Shown: positions 53,284-64,000 of the stretch, one piece after another
Position numbering within the stretch: the stretch's first letter is position 1
Layout of the letters: the number at the start of each line of letters is the position of its first letter
Origin: Octopus bimaculoides
Lineage: Eukaryota
Length of the DNA stretch: 64,000 nt
Direction: 5' to 3'
Assembly (NCBI RefSeq): GCF_001194135.2
Contig: NC_068999.1
Span: 13,685,905 to 13,749,904 of the forward strand
Notes under the pieces: generated by a model
The model's input: the letters and a program-made list of their open reading frames with translations, nothing else
Told to the model about the DNA's origin: nothing
The model's database searches: none
Program-made: the position numbers and the translations under genes

Positions 53284-53388
53284 GGTGAAGTACAATACCT
53301 TGCTCAAGAACTCAGTGCGCCGCCCAGATACGTACTCATGACTTTACGATCGTGGGCCAAATACCCCTAAACACTGAGCCACGCACTT
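53284..53388 (-). mobile_element. tRNA-derived SINE head fragment (fourth family)
   Basis: Minus strand gcgtggctcagtgtttagggg (A-box TGGCTCAGTG)...catgagtacgtatc (decayed B-box)...gagttcttgagcaaggtattgtacttcac, a typical post-tRNA SINE segment. Confidence 0.65.
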
Positions 53389-55562
53389 TAACTCTCTTAA
53401 CCGTAAACAAAAGAAGTGAAGTGATAGAGACAGAAACGAATGCCTCGGTCACTTAAAATGGCAAATAGATTGAAATACGATCAATCATTTCTAGCTTCTT
53501 TACTTTTAACAATGAAGAAGAGGTAAATATATTTAGTAATGAATAGAAGGAATGTATGTCATGTGTTTACCATTTCATTCTGGGACTTCTAAAACGATTC
53601 ATTGTTTCTTGATCAATGCTCCTCGTTCTAGGTTCCAGTCCTCACTGCTTTCAGGAACACATGTCAGTTACTAATGAAAACCTACATCAAACACGGAAGG
53701 ACTGCTTGTTGAATGGTGATGTGTGCTTGAAGATAGCGAGTAACTAATGTTATCGAATAATTAACTATAGGCCAACACATGAGCTATTACAGTATTGAAC
53801 TATAACCATCTTGTACACAAGAATGTAAGTGGAAAATTATTTGTGTTACTAAACATTTTAATCACCTAAACGTTTTAACAAATAAAATCAACAGATTTAT
53901 ACTTTTATATCAATAGATAGTTATAGAAATAATGACGTTAATATTATACTCCTGCTGCGTTTTGAATCGAAAATCTTGTAAGATATTACCCACTGCATGT
54001 TTTGAACCGGCATGAAATATTTGTCAATTGTGGGAATGAAATATCAAGACACGTGGTCATTATGTGTCACAACGAAAACACTACAGTAATATTCCCGCTA
54101 TACATAGCTACTTACAATATACACATTTATACATGAAAATATATATGTGTATGCGTGCATGTGTGTGCATTTATGTGTGTGCGATTATGTGTGAGTGCGC
54201 ATGCTTGTGTGTGTGTTTATACAATATATAAATATACAAACGAGAATATATGAACAGAGACACACGCTCACACGAACATACATATGGTATCCCTGTTATT
54301 ACCATCAGTTTCCTGTGTGTCTGCATTCATGTGCGCAGATTGTTTTTGTGATGATGTAGGCCTTTTGTGGTGTGACTGTGTTTTTAGTATCTTTTAAGAA
54401 TTATTTTAATGTTACTGTGAATATAATATAAACGATAACAGTTATCATGAGAACGATGAGAATCATAATACAATTTGATATACCAAGAATAAAAAAAGAA
54501 AAAAAATAATCGCACGTAGTGGGATGCGTAGCATATTGAAAACTAGATGATAAAAATGTTTATGATAATGATTATTATTGTGTTCGATAGTGAAATCTTA
54601 GTATTTGTTGAGATGCAAGTGTTGGGTAATATTTCCCAACATATCGAGAAGGAAATAACACATTTGCAAATGTCACTGGAATAAAGAAACGAAATTATGT
54701 AAAATAGAATTCATGAAATTTAAAACCTATAAACATAATGCAATATTTTTAATTTTGCTATATTATTGACTTCCATTTAATTTATTTTTCTTCTCTTCTG
54801 ACATCCAAGATATGATTTCATTTCTATAACTCATTTTTCTATACAGAAATTCTGATGTGTGTTTCAGAAAGTAAAGGAATGATGAGATATACTAAATGAT
54901 AATATATATCGATCACAAACATCAAAGAACCCATAAATCAAATGATCTGATATTCGTACTTTTTGAAACTTTTCATCTTATTTATGAACATTTGATTGTG
55001 TAGACGGAGAATTCAAAATAAGACAATTCTACTTGGTTTCCTAGAAGAATAGCCTACTAGCTATGAATATTTAAACGCCAGGAATTAGAAACAAGTAAGA
55101 AAATGCTAAGTTTAGTGGAGGACAGTATCAACTCAGGAGTCAACTTGTCTCACGAGATCAAATAGAAGACAATTGCATAAACAATTTACTTCAAATGTCG
55201 GGACAAAATCACATTTATTAGTAAGACGGACTCACCATCCCCAACCCCTAACTAATGATAATCCCTCGGCATTTATCAAAATAAGTAAAAACGAAGAAGT
55301 ACTAAAAGCAATGAAACATAACTATGGCAAAAAGATCGAAGCTTGAATTAAATCAAGAAATGGTTAGTTTCTACAACAGCCTTCTCTCTGACTCTGCTAA
55401 GGTTGTCGCAGTTGCTCTTGTACATGCATCGTCTACTACTTCCAATACCACTATTAATTATGTTGTTGCTACTAATATCACTATTATTTCGTTCTCGTCT
55501 TATATTCTTAACGTGTATGATTTAACTTAGTTTTCACTCCATCTGCCAATTCTACAGGTTCT

Positions 55563-55564
55563 GT

Positions 55565-55619
<55 letters not shown>
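55563..55619. repeat. (CTA)n microsatellite
   Basis: Direct reading. Confidence 0.97.
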
Positions 55620-55620
<1 letters not shown>

Positions 55621-57516
55621 TTTGCAAATATCCTTCAGATCATTTTTTCTAACGAATATTCTGGATATGCTGCTCGTTTGCTCTATGACAACGAAAGTGC
55701 TTTGCGATATTTGATGAAGACAACGTGGACATAGTGTGCCCCAGCAAGCTTTGTATAATGCTTAATGCAAATGACTTCACAGCTCTGCCTCTGAATAACC
55801 TCTAACTGCCAATTATTTCTTGTTTCGTTAGCTTCTTTTCAAATCGCTTTATTTTTAATTTCAGTCACGTAGTTACTTCTATCATACAGTATATGAAAAT
55901 ATTAATTGACAAGTATTTCGCTTTACATCGCTTCCGGCTATATATCCACACTCATGAATATGCACCTAATACAACAATTAATTATTCCATGGCTCTTACT
56001 AAAACTAAGTAAACTACTCGCCACATAGATATTGTATGCAGAAGACACGCTGATTTAATGATCAAAGACTATGTGAGGCAACACTATAATCAAGCATATG
56101 TAAGCAACATCAGAAAACACAAGAGCTTCTTCAAATATGAAAGTGCCATCATACATTATAAATTAATTCAAAGAAATGCATCTTTCACAGTCGCGAGTTT
56201 TGTTAAGTCTCTCTCTCACGTTCTCTTTGTCTCCGAAGATCGCTTCTCAAGAAAGCTTTTCATTAATATACATATAACTGCATGAAATACTGTAGTATTT
56301 TAAGACTGGTCATCGCCCGCCACTTGTCAGAGCTCAGGTTAGTTCTACAATGCGGTATTGATCTCACATCAAAATCAATATTGTTCCCTGGCACACGACA
56401 TCGACTAGGATCATAGAAAATCAAGCAAACATCGTCGATTTAAAGCCTAGCATCATTTGCATCTCACTTGATGTGCCCTTCATAATCCCTACAACAAATA
56501 TTTCCTTTCCATACATGTATCACACTGGTAGGACGTCGCTAATCATTACCTTCTGTCTAAAATTGACTTGTAACGATGAAGAATCAACGCTGTTACCATT
56601 AATGCAACCAATTTAAAGGTTTGTGGAAGCTTTAGTCTACCACGCAAACTGCAGAAAAAGTAAATACATAATCCCGACATTTCTCCAGATATTGTAAGTG
56701 TTATTCAATGTATCCTTTATTTCTAAACGCACATGTTGCTGTGTCAGTTAATCCTTACAAGATAGGTGATACATCTAGCAACATCCTCAAAATTAAAGCC
56801 AAAATATTGTATAATATTCCATATACACATTCCATCTAATGTTAAGTGATGAAGTTATATAAAGTGTATATTTTAAAGCAAAAGTGGTAACGAAGATAAA
56901 ACAGGACACATAATAACGAAAAACTCAAAGAAATCGTAGGATTGAAATACTAAGGGGTATTAAGAATGAAGCAAGTTTTGTAAGTTGAACTAACAGGCAC
57001 ATAAGTTCCAACGACCACTGATATTCAATATTGTCCAGTAATACATTAAACATTTAATATAAAAATGAAAATAAAACAGAAAATAAAGAAATTCCCTTGG
57101 AATGGACATAAAGCTATATGCATACAACATTAAAAATGAATGTGATTCACATTAAATCTTGGCAGACATAACCGACATTTTAAATATAGTTCACCTGAAG
57201 ATTAGTAGCATACAAAATGATAACGAAAGGGTATGGAAACAAATAGAGAATATAAACTGAAAGACACTACACTGTTCGTAAGGAAAGCGCATAATTTTCC
57301 AGCATGGATACAATATAAATATCCAAAGCAAGTGTATCAAGACTTTCTTTTAAATGAAAACAACTACGATTCATACAACCATGCGCCATATATAAAACCA
57401 TTTACAAAATTTTGCAAGGACATACAGAGATACACACGCAATCATGCACACACACATACATACACGCTTATGCGTACACACGTTAGTAAATGTATATATA
57501 TTTACATATATAAGAT

Positions 57517-57935
57517 NNNNNNNNNNNNNNNNNNNNNNNNNNNNNNNNNNNNNNNNNNNNNNNNNNNNNNNNNNNNNNNNNNNNNNNNNNNNNNNNNNNN
57601 NNNNNNNNNNNNNNNNNNNNNNNNNNNNNNNNNNNNNNNNNNNNNNNNNNNNNNNNNNNNNNNNNNNNNNNNNNNNNNNNNNNNNNNNNNNNNNNNNNNN
57701 NNNNNNNNNNNNNNNNNNNNNNNNNNNNNNNNNNNNNNNNNNNNNNNNNNNNNNNNNNNNNNNNNNNNNNNNNNNNNNNNNNNNNNNNNNNNNNNNNNNN
57801 NNNNNNNNNNNNNNNNNNNNNNNNNNNNNNNNNNNNNNNNNNNNNNNNNNNNNNNNNNNNNNNNNNNNNNNNNNNNNNNNNNNNNNNNNNNNNNNNNNNN
57901 NNNNNNNNNNNNNNNNNNNNNNNNNNNNNNNNNNN
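57517..57935. other. Assembly gap (N-run)
   Basis: Direct reading. Confidence 0.99.
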
Positions 57936-58708
57936 ATATATATATATATATATAAACATATGTATGTGCATATATGTATGTATACACGCAGGTACATATG
58001 TATTTAAGTGGGTGGTTATAGTTGTTTATGAATTTACCACTTATTACCAACATAAGGTAGACACTTTCAACATTAGCCATTAATCCTGCCTCTGAAGTAT
58101 CGGTTTAAAGGCTTAGACTGTTTGGCAGCACATTGCACAACAAAGACGACGCATGCATCCCTATCACAAAATATTGCCTATTTATTATGGAAAAAATGCA
58201 AATGTTTGCTACAATGAATGTGTGTATGTGCGTCTGTGTGTATGTGTATGTGTGTGTGAGTGACAATGTTTGCCTGCGTGCGTGTTTGTGCATTTGTATT
58301 TGTATATACGCTTATATATAGTGTGCTTATTTTGTATTGTGCGAGTTTACATCTAAATGCAATTCATACTATAGTCGTGGACATAAAACCTACAGTGGTA
58401 GTGTCAAAATCTGCACCTATTTATGACTTAGGTAATGATTCTTTATATGCAACCGCAATTGTTTCTGTTTTACTTTCTGAAAAATAACAATGCTTAACAA
58501 AGAAAATCTAAGTAACATATAATGCAGCGAAACATCGCGGCCTTGATGATGACAAATATGCAAATAGGAAAAGACGATATGAAACAAAATGTTAAACTAA
58601 TACCTTAACGTATGTAAAAAAATATTTTCAAAATTAACGATTTTTTATGACACACAGTTTCTAATAAAAGCAAAAATACAACTAACGATAGGATACATGT
58701 ACAAATGC

Positions 58709-58744
<36 letters not shown>

Positions 58745-58977
58745 GTTTTTACTATACATTAATTTGATCATTCTTGATACACGTACATCATAGCTACACA
58801 TCCTAACCGTGTTGTTTTTCTCGAATGTGTATTTTCATTTTGGATATCGTCAATACATTGTTGTTATCTATTTGATGGAAATAAGTATATGAACATATAA
58901 AGTAAATGAAACATTTGAGGTTATTTATCCATAGACTCGTCTTTACCATCCACCGCTTCTTTCATAATGATACTGAT

Positions 58978-59115
58978 TTAGACGAGCCTAGAAATTTTGA
59001 AGTAAAAGTGCCAGTCGATAACATCTTCGCACACCTTGAATGGTGCTATGTGTAATTTTGACAATGGTAATGCTTGAACTCAGAATGTAGAGAGCTGGCG
59101 AAAGTACCACAAAAC
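58978..59115 (-). mobile_element. SINE family A, old copy with decayed centre
   Basis: gacgagcctagaaattttg...gccagtcgataacatc and cttgaactcagaatgtagagagctgg...aaagtacc match the family tail and head sides. Confidence 0.55.
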
Positions 59116-60419
59116 GTATATGCAAGACTTTAAAATCTTCTACATGACATATTTTCAAGAGCCTTATGATTCATAATAGAAAATCGTCTGCAGATGTCAT
59201 ATTTGTCTATATTGAGAAACATTAATAAAAGGAATCTTTACGTGATTACCTATGATTGTATATAGAGAGAAAAAATCCGTTACATGACGAAAATCTAAAT
59301 CAGGGCTACACTGAAATTTGTAAATATTTGAAATATATCAATGTGTTTCATTGCGGTATTTTATATTCTCAGTGCAAATCTGTAACGGCGAAATCTAAGT
59401 ATTTCATCATTTCCTACATTAATTAGTAACATAATCGATAAAAGGAATCATGCTATAATTAGCAACGGAATCAATAATAAGAATCATATTATTAGTTACA
59501 AAATGTACAATATTTAATAAAATCAGATTTCATTATATTTGTTCATTGACATCATGATTAATATTCAGTTCAAAACAAAGAAAATAAATACTAAAGTCAA
59601 TATTAATCAAAATGTTAATGAACAAATACGATAAAATGTAATTTTATTATCGACGCGTGTACTAAGTATAATATCGCCTCTAAAATGTAGGAACCCCCAA
59701 CTGACTGATAGAGATTTTCAGAATTTTGAAAATATCGGAAATAAAGAAGATAAACATCTTATTCGACAAGATGCTATAATCTACAATCTCCTATAAATAT
59801 TTCTTGCATAGACGTAAGGTGCGAAACATTTAAAGAAACATTTTCCGATTAAATAATCGCAAGAACAGGGAAAATTTCGAGATTAAATTTTAAGATAAGC
59901 AAATGATATTGAAATGCCAATGTATAGCTGTACCTACTTTTTACTGTTCAGGGTACACAGATTTCACATTACACATCAACATTGATAGATGAAGGAAAAT
60001 ATAGGTGGTGAGATGTTTAGAGAAAGTTGTGAGCAAAAGGGAAATCATATGCAAAGCATTACAGATTTGGCGAGCAAAAATATGACAGGAAATAATTTCG
60101 ATTTTTATTTTATCATGCATGATACTTTGGGGGAATAGAAGTAATTATATCCCCAGATTATTAATAAAGTTCAATATTCAAATGTTTAGAGTTTAATGTG
60201 TTCTTGCATGTAACATTCTTATCTTAGGAATATTTTTAATAATTTGCAAAAGCGATGTGGCTGTGGCAGAGCGAAGTACCGTCAAAGATGTGTAAAGAGT
60301 ATGACACTTCGTAGCCAAGTATTCTGATCGCTCTTTGTAGGATATACCACGTTAGGTATCGTAGAATAGCCAGTGCAAAGATGAATCTGGACAATTGGGT
60401 ATTGTTGCAAACACGCAAC

Positions 60420-60848
60420 TACACAAGGTGGTATCCAAATTACCCGATCTAGTTCTGTAGCGCACCAGCAGATGGCAGCACATGGTTGCGTGCAAGTGAG
60501 AGCTACGAGAAACCTTCATGAGGTCACTGCCAAGTGACATCGCTGTGTTTATTCCGCAGGGTCTGAAATGTGTGTATTTGTGAACAAGTCTATGCTGTAG
60601 TTTGCGATTTTTTCATGGAAAAGTAACAACGAAACTACGTCAAACTTTGTCTCACATTTCGAAAGCCTTCTACAGTAAACATTGTGCATGTTTCGGCAAG
60701 GTGGTAGTGACGGGGCAATGGGTCGTACGCAATGATTCGTGTGACACCGATGCTTCAAAGTCGGAGGAATATCCACGGAAGACGATCAGCAATCTGGAAG
60801 ACGTACTACGAACGTCAACCCAGCAGATGTGGAAAGAATTTATCATAG
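60420..60848 (+). mobile_element. Mariner transposon 5-prime fragment (TIR, leader and HTH region)
   Basis: TA-preceded TIR-like acacaaggtggtatccaaattacccga, leader cagcagatggcagcac, ATG at 60615 MEK*QRNYVKLC, then with a frameshift AMGRTQ*FV*HRCFKVGGISTEDDQQSGRRTTNVNPADVERI (cf. [33 protein letters not shown]...NVEKV). Confidence 0.88.
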
Positions 60849-61027
60849 TAAACCAGCATTGAAATATATTTTGAAACAAGTAGAAAGGTTTATTTTTTTT
60901 AACAAGTAACTACTGAACAATATATATAAATAATACAATCCTCTTTAAGAGTAGGAAACTTTTGCTCTTAAAATGGATGTTATCCTTTATGTATACCGTT
61001 AAGTAATTACGTGTTGTTAAAAAAATA

Positions 61028-61409
61028 AGTGTAGACTCTGAATTTTGTCCTGATCTCAATATCTTATTAGTCCACACACGCTTGTGTAATCTGCCTAATG
61101 ATTTGTTTGCTTTTGCAACTCTGTTGTCAATTTCTTTGTTGATACTCGCATTTAATGAAATGGCGCATCCAAGATAAGTGAACTGCTGTACCGACTTCAT
61201 TCTGTTTCGGCAATGGTGATGTGGGCCACCTGTACTTTTTCTGAGGCGTTCTTTGGTGTAGGGCTTCTGTATTTTTGAAGGTTACTTCAGGCCCGAAGAG
61301 CTGCGTGGCCTCTGCAAAGCAAGATGTGACGCGCTGCAGGGCTCTTTCTGTACGTGCGACAAGTGCGGCATCATCAGCAAAGAGTAGGCTCTGGATCAAA
61401 TTCTCGTAA

Positions 61410-61410
<1 letters not shown>
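61028..61410 (-). mobile_element. RTE-clade (BovB-like) LINE reverse-transcriptase fragment
   Basis: LIQSLLFADDAALVARTERALQRVTSCFAEATQLFG.EVTFKNTEALHQ, then after a frameshift LKSVQQFTYLGCAIS.NASINKEIDNRVAKANKSLGRLHKRVW. These are hallmark RTE RT motifs (FADD, F.YLG, EID.R.AKA..FGRL..RVW). It is broken at the (CA)n at 61411. Confidence 0.93.
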
Positions 61411-61441
<31 letters not shown>

Positions 61442-61633
61442 GTATGTGCATATGTAGGAGTAGTATTAAGCTGGGATATCGTGACTCCAACGTGCAACGT
61501 TTGGGAGAATATATTTTGTATTGTTGAAAATCGCACAATATGCCTGTAATATCTACATAGGCAAGTATCTGGAATACGTTGCTTGTGTAAATAAGATAAT
61601 GAAATATATCACATCATAAACATAATATATAAA

Positions 61634-62205
61634 ACTAGAAAACGCATTCGTCCTTTGGGCGGTTTAACATATAAATAAATAGTAAATAAAAAATTGTGAA
61701 AACAACTACAAAATATTCTATAATGCAAATATACGACCATATAGATTAAAAAGTATGGAAAATTGTCCAAATGAATAAATAGATAAAATCCTTTCTCTTT
61801 TATAATACTTTCTAACCAAAACCCTGATACACACCAATACACATATAAACTATATAGAAAGTAATGTTACACAATTACAGCATAGAAATAAATAATGAAT
61901 AAATAAATGTAAAATACACTAAAAAATATTCTCTAATGCCAATATATAGATTAAGAATGTATAGAAGACCCTACATACAAGTAGCTATGTACATAAAAGC
62001 AATTAGCGAAAAACCCGTGTATACGAATATTTTTCCCGGTTTCGCCATTTGTACGGGGGTTCTGGGAAAATATTAGAGTGCAAGATCATCCATGGCCCAT
62101 AAGTAACGTGTGTGTGTAAAGTTTAGTAAAAATCGGTTGAGAATTGTAGAAATCTATGCGCTAGTCAATATACATACACATATTGTGATTTATATATACC
62201 AGAAA
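61634..62205 (+). mobile_element. Possible non-autonomous Helitron-like element with an internal tandem duplication
   Basis: Starts actagaaaacgcattcgtcctttgggcgg; the 3-prime part gtgtgtaaagtttagtaaaaatcggttgagaattgtagaaatctatgcg...catacacat...tttatatatac resembles Lep1/HINE-type ends. Internal repeats at 61666-61770 and 61879-61975. Confidence 0.4.
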
Positions 62206-63917
62206 CATTTTTTTTTTATATTAACGAATATTCACGAGATTTATGAATATGCGATACACTTCATGAGTATAAACATACAGTATCTCTTATAAATGCCATA
62301 AAAAAGTTAACGGAATCTGGAATTTCAGTCTAATAACAAAGGGAAAGTATACCAATTCACCGTAGTTAACGCGCAAGTTATGTTAATAGAAAATACTTAT
62401 GGCACAGATATTTTGTATTTTCTAAGACGCCTCTTCCATTTTCGGCTTATGGGCACTGTTATATATCTGGATTTCTGAAAAACATATGGGAAAATATAAA
62501 AGGAAATTAATTACATCTTGACGTAGAGGAGAGAAGTAACGTTTCAATCATGAGATATGAACTGAAAAAAAATAGTCTAGTGTCCCACTGAATTTATTAT
62601 TTCTGTTAATAAAAAAGTAGTACTAAGTTCACTTAGGATTAACGAGAAATTTAATTACAATAAACATTATATTCAACGCATTATGCGTTACGCAAATACC
62701 ATTTCTTTAAGCATTTACTAGTTGACTGATTTGATTTACCTGGGAGGAGTAAGTGTTTCATTGCTGACAGTCGGTTACAAGGAAACAAATAATTCTTCAG
62801 TATATTGTTGGTTGTTATCGATATTATATGCATCAAAGAGCTGATAAAAACCTCCATATATTAATATATTTAACAGTATATACTTTAAAGTGAAATGATT
62901 AGATTATATTTAGTTGAATAATATCAGTAAATATGAAAGGCATGCCAACTTATCTCAGTATTATACAAGTGTTCTCACTTACCGTTAGCGTTCAATTTCA
63001 ATTTTCAATCTTCCAATGAGCAATATAACACCATACCAAAAAGTGATTTGCAAAGTGATTACGGCCTCATAAGACTAGCTGATCATCTACGAATATGTGT
63101 GTGCGCGTGCGTGGGTGTGTGCATGTGTGCTTTAAGATTAAATCGCATTTAACTTGAAGTACAAGAATTAAAGGTACCTAAGTTGACAAAGACTACGTGA
63201 TTTTTGGTAGACCGATTTAACCATTACCATATCTTTTGCAGAACCTAACCTATCTATAGAAATTTCGAAAATGGCAACAACTAAAGCTCCGCCTCTGCTG
63301 GAAATCGTTACCAACTTGAAAGTAAAGTTAGTTTTCATATCTCTACACCAAAGTTCATTATTTTGTTTTAAATGCATTAACATATGTTCCAAGTATCTGC
63401 ATATGGAAAAAATTAATTCATTCTATGACAAAAATAATCATTTCGTTTCTCATTTTGTTTTTCATTTATTAGTATGCTGAAGTTAAACTTGAGTTTTTGA
63501 TACCTATGATATTCATATACTTTCTGTTGGATATGCTTTAGAGTTCAGTAAGCTGTCTGTCATTATATATCATACGGCTACGTTTAAAATATCAGAATAT
63601 AACATTTAATTCCATTACTGAGGAAGAAGTAATGTTTGACATATATAGATTACAAAACACACGTATATCTCTATATGCTTATGCTTACATGCGTATGCGC
63701 GTGTGTATTGAAGGATAAAAGTGTGCATAAGTTGAGAGAGAATAGATGAGAAAAAACGAAAAGTGTTGCACTATACAACGCAAAATACTTTCTGGAAATA
63801 GAACACCATTTTCTAATTGAAATATATAAAATGGAAGGAAAATTTCAACGTGTAAAGTATTTCTTTCTGCATGTACCTGGTATGTAGCTACATGGATACA
63901 TACATATATACTTATAA

Positions 63918-63919
<2 letters not shown>

Positions 63920-63952
<33 letters not shown>

Positions 63953-63965
63953 TGTATGTATGTAT

Positions 63966-64000
<35 letters not shown>
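63920..64000. repeat. (TATG)n plus (TA)n microsatellite
   Basis: Direct reading. Confidence 0.97.

Noticed and set aside
54900-57420. Possible Penelope or RLE-LINE remnants at 54.9-55.4, 55.6-55.8 and 56.3-57.4 kb
   Set aside because: The composition is suggestive, but I could not read any convincing conserved RT, GIY-YIG or endonuclease motif.

Overview
This is AT-rich, microsatellite-saturated eukaryotic DNA from a gapped draft assembly (11 N-runs, about 4.1 kb in total, each bordered on at least one side by (TA)n). The tRNA-derived SINE families and the density of simple repeats point to a coleoid cephalopod, most likely an octopus; this is an inference from repeat recognition, not from a search. 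I found no recognisable host protein-coding gene, rRNA, bona fide tRNA or CRISPR array, so the window reads as intronic or intergenic. Most ORFs in the supplied track are artefacts of microsatellites or N-runs. Supported features are about 14 copies of one tRNA-derived SINE family (family A, one with an 8-bp target-site duplication), three copies of a second SINE carrying an internal (TA)/(TG) microsatellite (family B), two other tRNA-headed SINEs, two decayed mariner transposase fossils, several LINE reverse-transcriptase fragments (the clearest is RTE-like with FADD at about 61.0-61.4 kb), a possible non-autonomous Helitron-like element, and many compound microsatellites. The most notable observations are an inverted family-B SINE pair at 49.3-50.6 kb (candidate dsRNA/ADAR substrate), a switch in family-A orientation at about 35-36 kb, a diverged direct duplication around the 29 kb gap, stepwise-mutated triplet arrays, and a few unproven exon candidates. 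I did not find convincing evidence for a novel multi-gene system.
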